A DNA stretch of 64,000 nt from an uncultured Candidatus Rokubacteria bacterium (GCA_963826115.1 CAWGVS010000006.1:320001-384000), one strand, 5' to 3'; positions 32,263 to 42,778 are shown, counted from the stretch's first letter. Notes: generated by a model from the letters alone, not told the origin. A program made the numbers and translations.

Positions 32263-33363
32263 CTACGGACGCAGGTGGTAGAAGCGGAAGAAGTCGTTCG
32301 CGACCGCGAGGACCTCGACCGCCCGGAAGCCGGCCTCCGTGGCGTAGCGGCGGAGCGTCTCGGTCCGCATCACGGTGCCGGTGGCGGCCGAGGGGCGATC
32401 GGCCATGCCCGCCGGCAGGCAGCACAGGACGCTGAAGCCGTACATGAGGCGCTCGACCGCGTCCCCCGGCGCGCCGAACGCGTCGGCCACGCGCTCGTCC
32501 ACGACCAGCGTGGAGCCGCCCGGCCCGAGCAGTTGCCGGCAGGCGCGGAGGACCTCGACGGGGCGGGACATGTCGTGGAGCGCCTCGAAGATCGTCACCA
32601 GGTCGTAGCGACCCGCGAGCGCGGGGTCGGCGGCGTCGCGGACCGCCATCGTGACGCGGTCCCCGAGCCCCGCGTCGGCGACGTTCCCCTGCGCGAGGGC
32701 GATCGACGGGCCGTCGAGGTCGAGCCCGTCCACCCGCACCTTCGGGTAGGCGCGCGCGATGCCGATGGCCGACCAGCCGGCGCCGCACGCGACGTCCGCG
32801 ACGCGCGCCGGCGGGTCGGCCGCGAGGCGCGCGTGGAGATCGGGGATGGCCGGCAGCCATTCCTCGCCGAGCAGCGTCAGGAACGCGGGCCGGTTCTGGC
32901 TCGCCTGCGCCTCGCGGAGGTCCCGGCCGAACTCGGCCCACGAGACGCCGCCGCCCGTCCGGAACGCCTCGAGGAGCGCCGGCATCGCGCGAACCACGCC
33001 GACCCCGAACTGTGCGAACGGCACCATGGTGGCGAGGCTGTCGGGGTCGACCAGGACGTCCTCGTGACCGGCGGGCAGGGAGTAGCGGCGCGCTTCCGCC
33101 GGCCGGGCGGGATCGTCCACCGCCAGTAGACCGGTCACCGCCTGCTGCTCGAGCCACTCTCGCGCGTAGCGCTCGTGCGTGCCCGTCCGGGCGGCCAGGT
33201 CCGCCGGCGTGGCCGGGCCCAGACGCTGGAGCGCTCGGTAGAGGCCCAGCCGATCGCCCATGTAGACGGAGGCCAGGTCCATGAGTCCCAGGGTCGCGTC
33301 GAAGAGACGGCTCGACAGCGCGTCCCGGCGGGCGGTCCGGTCGGTCGTGTCCGGGGGCGGCAT
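32263..33363 (-). CDS. SAM-dependent methyltransferase with N-terminal wHTH (Rv2258c-like)
   Basis: GDRLGLY, HERYAREWL, DVACGAG, FEALHD; ATG 33363 after GGAGG. Confidence 0.88.
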   Translation of the reverse strand: MPPPDTTDRTARRDALSSRLFDATLGLMDLASVYMGDRLGLYRALQRLGPATPADLAARTGTHERYAREWLEQQAVTGLLAVDDPARPAEARRYSLPAGHEDVLVDPDSLATMVPFAQFGVGVVRAMPALLEAFRTGGGVSWAEFGRDLREAQASQNRPAFLTLLGEEWLPAIPDLHARLAADPPARVADVACGAGWSAIGIARAYPKVRVDGLDLDGPSIALAQGNVADAGLGDRVTMAVRDAADPALAGRYDLVTIFEALHDMSRPVEVLRACRQLLGPGGSTLVVDERVADAFGAPGDAVERLMYGFSVLCCLPAGMADRPSAATGTVMRTETLRRYATEAGFRAVEVLAVANDFFRFYHLRP

Positions 33364-33489
33364 GGTGAGGCCTCCGCGATGGTCGTGGGGTGTGGAACGA
33401 TCCGAGTATAGGCGACGGCGCGACGCGGAGGCCAGTCCAAGCGCGGAGCGCGGCCGCCCGCCGTCATGCCACGTAAGTCCGCGTCCTTC

Positions 33490-33519
33490 TTGACAGCTAC
33501 CGGACCGCTTCGCTACACT
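33490..33519 (+). promoter_or_regulatory. Sigma70-type promoter for the CoA-transferase/ABC operon
   Basis: TTGACA-N18-TACACT. Confidence 0.6.
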
Positions 33520-33613
33520 CCGCCTACCTTTCCGGGATTCCCGGGCGTCCGGGCCCACCCGCCGGGTGACCCTCGCCCGTAGCGCTCGGTCAATGACGCC
33601 CCGAGGCCAGTGA

Positions 33614-34594
33614 ATGCCAGAGGTAGAGCTACTCGCCACCGGCGAGGGTGAGTATCGGCTCCACGACCCGGATGCCATCCGGGCCTGGATGCGTGACCGG
33701 AAGCGGCGCGAGCTCGTCGACAAGACGACGACCGCCGCCGACGCGGTCGGTCGCCTGGTTGCCGACGGCGACTACGTCTCGTTCGACTTCTCCTCGTTCA
33801 CCCGGGGCCCGCACGTCCTCATCCGGGAGATCATCCGCCAGCGGCGCCGGAACCTCTGGTACTGCGCGAAGTTCACTCTCATGGAGTCGACGCTGCTCGT
33901 GGCCGCGGGGGCGTGCGCGAAGATCGACGTCGGGTTCATGGGCCTGGGGGAGACCCTCAGCCGGGCGGTCGAGCGGGGCGACATCGCGGTGTCGGAGTGG
34001 ACCAACGGCACCCTCACGCTTCGCCAGCAGGCGGGAGCGATGGGCGTCCCCTTCCTCCCGACGCGCGCCCTGCTCGGCTCCGACACGCTCCGGTACTCGG
34101 GCGCCAAGGTGATCCGCGATCCGTTCACGGACAAGCCCATCGCGCTCGTGCCGGCGCTGAACCCGGACGTCGGGCTCGTCCACGTCCACCAGGCGGATGT
34201 TTACGGGAACGCGCGGTGCTTCGGCCCGGCGGTGCAGCCGCTCGAGACCGCCATGTCGGCCCGGAAGGTCATCATCTCCGCCGACGAGATCATCGAGCAC
34301 GAGGAGATCCGGAAGGCCCCCGGGCTGACGACGATCCCGTACTACCTCGTCGACGCGGTCGTCCACGCGCCGTTCGGGGCCTATCCCGGCGGCCTCCCCG
34401 GCGCCTACGAGGTGGACTTCGAGCACTTCGCCGAGTACTACAACCTCGAGCGCCTGGGGCGCCTCGACGAGTACCTCGAGAAGTACGTCTACTCGGTGGA
34501 CAGCGACGACGACATGCTGGAGACGCGGGTCGGCCTCCGCCGCCTGAAGGCGCTCCGGCGCCGCGCCACGATCCGGGAAGGGTACGGACCGTGA
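33614..34594 (+). CDS. Family I CoA-transferase alpha subunit (glutaconate CoA-transferase GctA-like)
   Basis: AGAMGVPFLP, GSD, DPF, HVHQADVYGN, VDAVVHAPFGAYP. Confidence 0.85.
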   Translation: MPEVELLATGEGEYRLHDPDAIRAWMRDRKRRELVDKTTTAADAVGRLVADGDYVSFDFSSFTRGPHVLIREIIRQRRRNLWYCAKFTLMESTLLVAAGACAKIDVGFMGLGETLSRAVERGDIAVSEWTNGTLTLRQQAGAMGVPFLPTRALLGSDTLRYSGAKVIRDPFTDKPIALVPALNPDVGLVHVHQADVYGNARCFGPAVQPLETAMSARKVIISADEIIEHEEIRKAPGLTTIPYYLVDAVVHAPFGAYPGGLPGAYEVDFEHFAEYYNLERLGRLDEYLEKYVYSVDSDDDMLETRVGLRRLKALRRRATIREGYGP

Positions 34595-35391
34595 CCGCGC
34601 CGCGCGCGTTCACCGAGGCCGAGTTCATGATCGCGCAGTGCGCGCGCCTCCTCGAGGACCAGAAGACCGCGTTCATCGGCTTCGGGATGCCCCAGTTCGC
34701 CGCGGTCCTCGCCCAGCGGACGCACGCCCCCCACCTGGTCCAGGTCTTCGAGTTCGGAGCCATCGGCCCGACGCCGCTCACCCCGTTCGTGCGCAACACG
34801 ATGGGCGGGCCCACGAACTGCTACCGGTCCATCGCCTGGACGAACATGAACACGATCTTCGCCCAGGCGCAGCTCGGGCTCATCGACTACGGGGTCCTCG
34901 GCGCCACCCAGATCGACCTGTACGGCAACATCAACTCGACGATGCTGGGCGACGACTGGCGGCGTCCCCGCAAGCGCTTTGCCGGCGCCGGCGGGGCCAA
35001 CGAGGTCGCGTCCTACTGCTGGCGGACGATCGTCGTCATGATGCACGAGCCGCGACGGTTCGTGCCCCGGGTGGACTTCGTCACGTCGCCCGGCTACCTG
35101 GACGGTACGCCGGACGCGCGGGAGCGTGCCGGGCTCCCGGCCGACACCGGCCCCTGGCGCGTGGTGACCTCGAAGGCCCTGTTCGGCTTCGACGACTCGA
35201 CGCGCGAGCTGACGCTGCTCGGCGTCCTCGAGGGGCTCAGTGTCGACGAGGTGATCGCCGAGATGAGCGTCAAGCCGCGCGTCGCCGCCCACGTGGAGCA
35301 GCTGGCGCCGCCCACCGCCCGCGAGACCGAGATCCTGCGGGACCACATCGATCCCGGGCGCTCCGTCATCGGGCGGACCGCGAGGAGCTGA
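34591..35391 (+). CDS. Family I CoA-transferase beta subunit (GctB-like)
   Basis: FIGFGMP, FEFG (catalytic Glu), QIDLYGNINST, GAGG, FVPRVDFVTSPG; GTGA overlap. Confidence 0.85.
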   Translation: MTAPRAFTEAEFMIAQCARLLEDQKTAFIGFGMPQFAAVLAQRTHAPHLVQVFEFGAIGPTPLTPFVRNTMGGPTNCYRSIAWTNMNTIFAQAQLGLIDYGVLGATQIDLYGNINSTMLGDDWRRPRKRFAGAGGANEVASYCWRTIVVMMHEPRRFVPRVDFVTSPGYLDGTPDARERAGLPADTGPWRVVTSKALFGFDDSTRELTLLGVLEGLSVDEVIAEMSVKPRVAAHVEQLAPPTARETEILRDHIDPGRSVIGRTARS

Positions 35392-37373
35392 TGACGCCGA
35401 CGAGCGGGGCTGCCACGAGCAACGGAGGGGCTGCACTGGACCCGGCCCTCGACACGTTCCCGAAGCTCCTCGTCAAGAACGTCGAGCGCTTCCCCGGCAA
35501 GGTCGCCATCCGCGAGAAGGACTACGGCATCTGGCAGTCCTACACGTGGCGCCAGTACCTCGAGCAGTCGCGTCTGATCGCCCTGGGCCTGGCCGCCCTC
35601 GGGTTCCAGCGCGGAGACAAGACGGCGATCGTCGGCGACAACCGCCCGCAGCTCTACTGGGCGATGCTCGCCACCCAGGCGCTGGGCGGGGTCCCCGTCC
35701 CGCTCTACCAGGACTCCATCGAGAAAGAGATGGAGTTCATCGTGGACCACGCCGAGGTCCGCTTCGCGATCGTCGAGGACCAGGAGCAGGTCGACAAGCT
35801 CCTCCAGGTCAAGGCGCGCTGCCCCCGGCTCGAGCACATCGTGTACGACGATCCCCGCGGGCTCCGGCACTACGACGACGCGGGCCTCGTGAGCCTGGCG
35901 GCCGTCCAGGAGCTCGGCCGGCGCTTCGACCAGGAGCATCCCGGCTACTACGAGCAGGAGGTGGCGAAGGGCAAGGCGGACGACGTCGCGATCATCTGCT
36001 ACACGTCGGGCACGACCGGGCAGCCGAAGGGGACGATGCTGTCGTACCGGAACCTCATCGTCACCGGCCGGAACGCGGTCGTGTTCGAGGGGCTCCGCGC
36101 CACCGACGAGGTCGTCGCCTACCTCCCCATGGCGTGGATCGGCGACCACATGTTCTCGTTCGCCCAGTCGATCCTCACCGGCTTCACGACGAACTGCCCG
36201 GAGAGCACCGCGACGGTGCTGCACGACCTCCGGGAGATCGGCCCGACGTACTTCTTCGCGCCGCCGGGCATCTACCAGCGGATCCTGACCGCGGCCATGA
36301 TCCGCATCGACGACTCGGCGGGACCCAAGCGACGGATGGTCCGATTCTTCCTGGATCTGGCGCGACGGGTCGAGCGGCGCCGGCTGGCCGGGAAGCCCGT
36401 GCCGCCGTGGGAGCGCCTCCTCCACGCGGTGGGCCGGGTGCTCGTCTACGGCCCGCTCCGGGACAACCTCGGCATGAGCAAGGTCCGTCTCGCGTACACC
36501 GCCGGCGAGGCGATCGGGCCGGAGCTGTTCGAGTTCTATCGGGCCCTCGGCGTGAACATGAAGCAGCTCTACGGGATGACCGAGTCGAGCGCCCTGATCT
36601 GCATCCAGCGGGACGGCGAGGTTCGGCTCGACACCGTCGGCACGCCGCTCACGGACGTCGAGATCCGGGTCGATCCGTCGGGCGAGGTACTCTACCGAAG
36701 CCCCGGGGTCTTCGTCGGCTACTACAAGAATCCAGAAGCGACCCAGCAGACGAAGGAGGACGGCTGGGTACGTTCCGGGGATGCCGGGATCATCGACAAG
36801 GACGGGCATCTCCGCATCATCGACCGGGCCCGCGACGTCGGGCGGCTGGCGGACGGGACGCTCTTCGCTCCGAAGTACCTGGAGAACAAGCTGAAGTTCT
36901 CGCCCTACATCCGCGAGGCGGTGTGCGTCGGGCAGGACCGGCCTTTCGTGGCCGCGCTCCTCAACATCGACGTGACCGCGGTCGGGAGCTGGGCCGAGCG
37001 GTGTGGCCTCGCGTACACGAGCTACACGGACCTCTCCCAGAAGCCCGAGGTCTACGAGCTCGTCCGCGAGGAGGTCGCGCGCATGAACCGGAGTCTCCTC
37101 GAGGAGCCTCAGCTCCGCGGGGCGCAGGTGCGCCGCTTCCTGATGCTCCACAAGGAGCTGGACCCCGACGACCAGGAGATCACCCGGACCCGCAAGGTGC
37201 GCCGAGGGTTCATCGCCCAGAAGTACGCCACGCTGGTGGACGCTCTCTACTCGGACGAGGACCACGTCTCGGTGGAGGCGAAGGTCACCTACGAGGACGG
37301 GCGGATAGGCACGGTGCGGGCGGACGTGCGGATCCGGGAGGCGGAGGTCTTCGCGAGCGGGGCGCCGGCGTGA
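35391..37373 (+). CDS. Long-chain acyl-CoA synthetase (AMP-binding)
   Basis: REKDYGIWQ, YTSGTTGQPKG, YGMTE, SGD, TRTRKVRR. Confidence 0.9.
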   Translation: MTPTSGAATSNGGAALDPALDTFPKLLVKNVERFPGKVAIREKDYGIWQSYTWRQYLEQSRLIALGLAALGFQRGDKTAIVGDNRPQLYWAMLATQALGGVPVPLYQDSIEKEMEFIVDHAEVRFAIVEDQEQVDKLLQVKARCPRLEHIVYDDPRGLRHYDDAGLVSLAAVQELGRRFDQEHPGYYEQEVAKGKADDVAIICYTSGTTGQPKGTMLSYRNLIVTGRNAVVFEGLRATDEVVAYLPMAWIGDHMFSFAQSILTGFTTNCPESTATVLHDLREIGPTYFFAPPGIYQRILTAAMIRIDDSAGPKRRMVRFFLDLARRVERRRLAGKPVPPWERLLHAVGRVLVYGPLRDNLGMSKVRLAYTAGEAIGPELFEFYRALGVNMKQLYGMTESSALICIQRDGEVRLDTVGTPLTDVEIRVDPSGEVLYRSPGVFVGYYKNPEATQQTKEDGWVRSGDAGIIDKDGHLRIIDRARDVGRLADGTLFAPKYLENKLKFSPYIREAVCVGQDRPFVAALLNIDVTAVGSWAERCGLAYTSYTDLSQKPEVYELVREEVARMNRSLLEEPQLRGAQVRRFLMLHKELDPDDQEITRTRKVRRGFIAQKYATLVDALYSDEDHVSVEAKVTYEDGRIGTVRADVRIREAEVFASGAPA

Positions 37374-37425
37374 GCCCACAGGCCGAGGGCCGTCCGATTA
37401 CCTCCCGCGCAGCGAGGCTGGCCGA

Positions 37426-38280
37426 GTGAGCGCGGAGCCGGGCGCGGGCACCTTGCGAGCACCGCGTCGCGTGGCGGACCCCGCCGCCCAAGCGGATGGG
37501 ACATCCGGCGAGAAGCCGCTCCTCGAGGTGGAGAGCATCAGCGTCCGCTTCGGCGCGGTGCACGCGCTCAATCAGGTGAGCCTCGACGTCCGACGGGGCG
37601 AGATCCTGGCCATCATCGGGCCGAACGGCGCGGGCAAGACCACGCTCCTCAACGTCATCAGCGGGTTCTATCAGCCCTACGAGGGCCGCATCCTCTTTGA
37701 GGGCCGGGACCGCACCCACCTTCGCGCCCCTGACGTCGCCGCCCTCGGGCTCGCCCGGACGTTCCAGAACGTGGCCCTCTTCCGGGGCATGACGGTGCTG
37801 GACAACATCATGACCGGGCGGCTCCTCAAGATGCGCGGGAGCTTCCTGTGGGAGGCGCTCTACTGGGGTCCCGCCCGTCGGCAGGAGATCGAGCACCGCG
37901 CCTTCGTCGAGCGGATCATCGACTTCCTCGAGATCCAGGCAATCCGGAAGATGCCGGCAGGGCGGCTCCCGTACGGCCTGCAGAAGCGCGTGGAGCTGGC
38001 CCGTGCGCTGGCGGCGGAGCCGACCCTCCTCCTGCTGGACGAGCCGATGGCGGGCATGAACGTCGAGGAGAAGGAGGACATGTGCCGCTTCATCCTCGAC
38101 GTCAACGACGAATTCGGCACCACGATCGCGCTCATCGAGCACGACATGAGCGTCGTCATGGACATCTCCGATCGGGTGGCGGTGCTCGACTACGGGCGCA
38201 AGATCGCCGACGGCGCGCCGGCCGAGGTCCGGGCCGATCCGGCCGTGATCCACGCGTACCTCGGGGTCCCCCACGAGTGA
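37426..38280 (+). CDS. Liv-type ABC ATP-binding protein (LivG-like)
   Basis: GPNGAGKTT, ARTFQN, LPYGLQKRVE, LLLDEP; start uncertain. Confidence 0.9.
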   Translation: MSAEPGAGTLRAPRRVADPAAQADGTSGEKPLLEVESISVRFGAVHALNQVSLDVRRGEILAIIGPNGAGKTTLLNVISGFYQPYEGRILFEGRDRTHLRAPDVAALGLARTFQNVALFRGMTVLDNIMTGRLLKMRGSFLWEALYWGPARRQEIEHRAFVERIIDFLEIQAIRKMPAGRLPYGLQKRVELARALAAEPTLLLLDEPMAGMNVEEKEDMCRFILDVNDEFGTTIALIEHDMSVVMDISDRVAVLDYGRKIADGAPAEVRADPAVIHAYLGVPHE

Positions 38281-38367
38281 TCCCCGGCCGGCGGAGCATC
38301 GCCCCGTGATCCTGCGCGCGCTCATCGGCGGTGTGCGCGCTCCCGCGTCGCGACGGAGGGGTAGCCC

Positions 38368-39306
38368 GTGATGGAGGTTCTCCGCGCGGTTCTGGTGGCG
38401 CCGTTCGCGGACATGGCGGCCAATCCGGCGTTCCTGGTCGAGGTGCTCATCGGCGGGGTGGCATCCGGGCTCATGTACTCGCTGGTGGCGCTCGGGTTCG
38501 TCCTGATCTTCAAGGCCTCCGGCGTGTTCAACTTCGCGCAGGGCGCGCTGGTGCTGTTCTCGGCCCTGACGCTGGTCGGGCTCATGGAGCGCGGGGCGCC
38601 GGTGTGGCTGGCGATCGGGCTGACCATGCTCGTCATGGTGGTCCTCGCCTTCGCCATCGAGCGCGTGGTGCTGCGCCCGCTGGTCAACCAGGAGGCCATC
38701 ATCCTATTCATGGCGACGATCGGGCTGAATTTCTTCCTCGAGGGCTTCGGGGAGATGGCCTGGGGCGCCAACGTCAAGAGGCTCGACATCGGCATCCCCG
38801 ACACTTCGTTCGTCGTCCGGGGCGTCCTCGTAAACCGGCTCGAGCTCACTGCGGCGATCACGGCCGCCGTGCTGGTGGCGATCCTGGCGATCTTCTTTCA
38901 GCGGACGCGGATCGGCCGGGCGCTCCGGGCCGTGGCCGACGACCACGCGGCGGCGATGTCGATCGGCATCCCGCTCAAGACGATCTGGGTGATCGTGTGG
39001 TCGGTTTCGGGCCTGGTGGCCCTGGTGGCCGGCGTCATGTGGGGAGCCAAGAGCGGCGTCCAGTTCTCCCTGTCGCTCATCGCGCTCAAGGCGCTGCCGG
39101 TCTTGATCCTCGGCGGGTTCACCTCGGTGCCGGGCGCGATCGTGGGCGGCCTGATCATCGGCGTGGGCGAGAAGATGGGCGAGGTGTACTGGGGGCCGCT
39201 GGTCGGCGGCGCGATCGAGAACTGGTTCGCCTACGTCGTGGCGATGGCGTTCCTCGTGTTCCGGCCGCAGGGCCTCTTCGGCGAGAAGATCATCGAGCGG
39301 GTATAG
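38368..39306 (+). CDS. Liv-type ABC permease (LivH-like)
   Basis: ALGFVLIFKASGVFNFAQG, GRALRAVADD, RPQGLFG. Confidence 0.92.
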   Translation: MMEVLRAVLVAPFADMAANPAFLVEVLIGGVASGLMYSLVALGFVLIFKASGVFNFAQGALVLFSALTLVGLMERGAPVWLAIGLTMLVMVVLAFAIERVVLRPLVNQEAIILFMATIGLNFFLEGFGEMAWGANVKRLDIGIPDTSFVVRGVLVNRLELTAAITAAVLVAILAIFFQRTRIGRALRAVADDHAAAMSIGIPLKTIWVIVWSVSGLVALVAGVMWGAKSGVQFSLSLIALKALPVLILGGFTSVPGAIVGGLIIGVGEKMGEVYWGPLVGGAIENWFAYVVAMAFLVFRPQGLFGEKIIERV

Positions 39307-39309
39307 CGC

Positions 39310-40386
39310 GTGATCTACCGCGAGGCCGGGCAGTTCAAGACGACCTATGCCAGCGACCAAGCGATCTTTCCCATCGTCCAAGACCGATGGGTTGCGGGCC
39401 TCTTGGTGCTGGCGGCGGCCCTGGTACCCCCGCTGGTCGCCGACGACTACTGGCTCCAGGCAATCCTCATCCCGTTCCTAGTGTATGCCCTGGCCGCCAT
39501 CGGCCTGAATCTGCTCACGGGCTATGCGGGGCAGCTGTCGCTCGGCACCGGCGGGTTCATGGCCGTCGGCGCCTACTCGGCGTTCAAGCTCACAACGGCG
39601 TTCCCCCGCGTCAGCATCCTGCTGATCTTCGTCGCGTCGGGGGTGATCGCGGCGCTGGTGGGGCTGCTCTTCGGTCTGCCGAGCCTCCGGATCAAGGGCT
39701 TCTACCTCGCGGTCGCCACGCTGGCCGCGCAGTTCTTCCTGCTCTGGCTCTTCAACAAGGTCCCGTGGTTCGTCAACTACGCGTCGTCGGGGACGATCAC
39801 CGCGCCGAATCGCGCCGTGCTCGGGGTGCTGGTGACGGGGCCTAACTCGGGGGCCCCCGCCCGCTACCTGATGGCGCTCGGCTTCGTCGCGGTGCTGGCA
39901 CTCGCCGCCAAGAACCTCGTCCGGGGCCGGATTGGCCGCTCGTGGATGGCCATCCGCGACCGCGACATCGCGGCAGAGATCATCGGCGTGCGACCGCTCC
40001 GGACGAAGATGCTCGCCTTCGGGATCAGCTCCTTCTACTGCGGAGTGGCGGGAGCCGAGCTGGTGTTCCTGTTTCTGGGCAGCGCCGAGACGCTGGCCTT
40101 CGACATCAACCAGTCCTTCCTGGTCCTTTTCATGATCATCATCGGGGGGCTGGGCTCGATCCTGGGATCGTTCCTCGGTGCCGCGTTCATCATCCTCATT
40201 CCCATCCTGCTCACGAACGTCCCGCACTGGCTGGGTCTCGGCATGTCGACGGCGCTGCAGAAAGAGACCGAGCTGATGGTGTTCGGCGGGCTGATCATCC
40301 TCTTCCTGATCGTCGAGCCACACGGGCTGGCGCGGCTCTGGCAGATCGGGAAGGAGAAGCTCCGCATGTGGCCCTTCCCGCACTGA
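39310..40386 (+). CDS. Liv-type ABC permease (LivM-like)
   Basis: MIYREAGQFKT, GYAGQLSLG, AIRD, IIGGLGS. Confidence 0.92.
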   Translation: MIYREAGQFKTTYASDQAIFPIVQDRWVAGLLVLAAALVPPLVADDYWLQAILIPFLVYALAAIGLNLLTGYAGQLSLGTGGFMAVGAYSAFKLTTAFPRVSILLIFVASGVIAALVGLLFGLPSLRIKGFYLAVATLAAQFFLLWLFNKVPWFVNYASSGTITAPNRAVLGVLVTGPNSGAPARYLMALGFVAVLALAAKNLVRGRIGRSWMAIRDRDIAAEIIGVRPLRTKMLAFGISSFYCGVAGAELVFLFLGSAETLAFDINQSFLVLFMIIIGGLGSILGSFLGAAFIILIPILLTNVPHWLGLGMSTALQKETELMVFGGLIILFLIVEPHGLARLWQIGKEKLRMWPFPH

Positions 40387-40493
40387 GGATGCGCCGCGCG
40401 TGCTAGGGTACGAGAGATGCGACCCGTGACGTTTCGGCGTCTGGGAGCCAGGGGCGGCCGGCCCGGGAGCAGTAGCCTGGCGCGGAGCGAGGG

Positions 40494-41309
40494 GTGAGCG
40501 ACAACGGTCGGGCGCTGCTGACCGTCAACAACATCGAGGTCATCTACGACCACGTCATCCTCGTGCTCAAGGGCGTGTCCCTTCACGTCCCGGAGGGCGG
40601 GATCGTGGCGCTGCTCGGAGCCAACGGCGCGGGCAAGAGCACGACGCTGAAGGCGATCTCCGGACTGCTCCGCACCGAGCGGGGCGAGGTGACCAAGGGC
40701 GTGGTCGAGCTCCAAGGGCGGCCGCTTCACCGCCGGAACGCCTCGGACATCGTCAGGTCGGGCGTCGTCCAAGTCATGGAAGGTCGGCACGTCTTCGAGC
40801 ATCTCACCGTGGAGGAGAACCTCCTGACCGGGGCCTATACCCGCCGGAACGCCCGCGAGGTCGCCGACGACCTTGCCCGCGTCTACAAGTACTTTCCGCG
40901 CCTCACCGAGCGGCGGACGGTGCGGGCGGGCTACGTGTCGGGCGGGGAGCAGCAGATGCTCGCGATCGGCCGGGCGCTCATGGCGCGGCCCCGGCTCATG
41001 CTCCTCGACGAGCCGTCCATGGGCCTCGCCCCGATGCTGGTGCAGGAGATCTTCGGCATCGTCAGCCGCCTGAATCGCGAGGAGAAGGTGGCCGTGCTGC
41101 TGGCCGAGCAGAACGCCGCCATGGCGCTCAACTTCGCCCAGTACGCCTACGTGATGGAGAGCGGCCGGATCGTCCTGGACGGCGACGCCCAGACCATCAG
41201 CCAGAACGAGGACGTGAAGGAGTTCTACCTGGGGCTCTCCGGCGTGGGCAACCGGAAGAGCTACCGCGACGTCAAGCACTACCGACGGCGAAAGCGCTGG
41301 CTCTCGTGA
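40494..41309 (+). CDS. Liv-type ABC ATP-binding protein (LivF-like)
   Basis: GANGAGKSTT, SGGEQQM, LLDEPSMGL, KHYRRRKRWL C-terminus. Confidence 0.92.
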   Translation: MSDNGRALLTVNNIEVIYDHVILVLKGVSLHVPEGGIVALLGANGAGKSTTLKAISGLLRTERGEVTKGVVELQGRPLHRRNASDIVRSGVVQVMEGRHVFEHLTVEENLLTGAYTRRNAREVADDLARVYKYFPRLTERRTVRAGYVSGGEQQMLAIGRALMARPRLMLLDEPSMGLAPMLVQEIFGIVSRLNREEKVAVLLAEQNAAMALNFAQYAYVMESGRIVLDGDAQTISQNEDVKEFYLGLSGVGNRKSYRDVKHYRRRKRWLS

Positions 41310-41388
41310 CCGAGGACCGGACCATCTCCGCGACCCCGGACTCTCGACCTCCGGGCACACCATCACCCGCAACAAGGAGGCAGTGACC

Positions 41389-42705
41389 ATGAGCTGGAGA
41401 GCCTTCCGGATCGGCATCCTGGCCCTCGCCATCGCGGCGGGTCCGCTCGCCACATTGGCCGCCGCCCAGGGCAACACGATCTTCATGCCAATGCTGGTCT
41501 ACCGGACCGGCCCCTACGCGCCGAGCGGCATCCCGATCGCCAACGCGGCCAGCGACTACTTCAACCTCGTTAACGAGCGCGACGGCGGGATCAACGGCGT
41601 CAAGATCGTCGTCGAGGAGTGCGAGACGCAGTACGACACCAAGCAGGGCGTCGAGTGCTACGAGCGCCTGAAGGGCAAGGGCCCGCTCATCGTCAATCCC
41701 TACAGCACGGGCATCACGTATCAGCTCATCCCCAAGGCCGCTGTCGACAAGATCGTCGTCCACTCGATGGGCTACGGCATGACGGCGGCCGCCGACGGAC
41801 GCTGGTTCCCCTGGGTGTTCAACTTCCCCATGACCTACTGGAGCCAGGCCTCCGCCTTCGTCAAGTACGTCGGGTCGCAGGAAGGCGGGATGGACAAGCT
41901 GAAGGGGAAGAAGATCGTCCACATCTTCCACAACAGCCCGTACGGGAAGGAAGCCAACCCGACGCTCGAGACGCTGTCGAAGCAGCTCGGGTTCGATCTC
42001 ACGCTGCTCCCGGTCGACCATCCCGGGCAGGAGCAGAAGGCGACGTGGCTCCAGGTCCGCCGGATCAACCCGGACTGGATCTACATCTCTGGGTGGGGCG
42101 TCATGAACCAGGTCGCGGTGAAGGAAGCCTCGGCCCACGGCATGAAGATGGACCACGTGGTGGGCAACTGGTGGACGGGCACCGAGGCCGACGTCGTGCC
42201 GGCCGGTGACGGCGCCAAAGGCTACAAGTCGATGACCTTCACCGCGCCCGGCCACTACAAGATCCACGACGACATCGTCCGTCTGCTCTACGAGAAGGGG
42301 AAGGGCGCCGGCAAGAAAGAGGGCGTCGGCGAGGTGCTGTACAATCGGATGCTCGTCAATGCGATGTTCAATAGCGAGGCCATCCGGACGGCGATGGCCA
42401 AGTACAACACCAAGTCGCCCACGGCGGAGCAGGTGCGCTGGGGCTTCGAGAACCTCAACATCACCGAGCAGCGTCTCGAGCAGCTCGGGATGAAGGGCAT
42501 CACCCGGCCGATCAAGGTCACGTGCGACAACCACGAAGGCAACGGCATGGCGATGGTGCAGCAGTGGGACGGCAAGAACTGGACCATCGTCTCCGAATGG
42601 ATCGAGCCGATGCGCGAGGTGGTCCGCCCGAAGCTCGAGGAGGCGGCGGTCGAGGAAGGCACCAAGCTCCAGTACACGAAGCGCGACTGCTCGAAGGAAG
42701 GCTAG
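41389..42705 (+). CDS. Liv-type ABC substrate-binding protein
   Basis: Sec signal; YRTGPYA, RDGGINGV, ECET; AAGGAGG SD (start GTG 41383 or ATG 41389). Confidence 0.9.
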   Translation: MSWRAFRIGILALAIAAGPLATLAAAQGNTIFMPMLVYRTGPYAPSGIPIANAASDYFNLVNERDGGINGVKIVVEECETQYDTKQGVECYERLKGKGPLIVNPYSTGITYQLIPKAAVDKIVVHSMGYGMTAAADGRWFPWVFNFPMTYWSQASAFVKYVGSQEGGMDKLKGKKIVHIFHNSPYGKEANPTLETLSKQLGFDLTLLPVDHPGQEQKATWLQVRRINPDWIYISGWGVMNQVAVKEASAHGMKMDHVVGNWWTGTEADVVPAGDGAKGYKSMTFTAPGHYKIHDDIVRLLYEKGKGAGKKEGVGEVLYNRMLVNAMFNSEAIRTAMAKYNTKSPTAEQVRWGFENLNITEQRLEQLGMKGITRPIKVTCDNHEGNGMAMVQQWDGKNWTIVSEWIEPMREVVRPKLEEAAVEEGTKLQYTKRDCSKEG

Positions 42706-42716
42706 CCGCCAGACGA

Positions 42717-42755
42717 CACCGGCCCACGGGAGGTGGACGGGCCCGTGGGCCGGTG
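42717..42755 (+). promoter_or_regulatory. Perfect 14-bp stem-loop after the SBP gene (mRNA stabiliser or attenuator)
   Basis: CACCGGCCCACGGG (42717-42730) / CCCGTGGGCCGGTG (42742-42755); no U-tract. Confidence 0.55.
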
Positions 42756-42778
42756 ACCCACACGGACCGAACGAGAGC

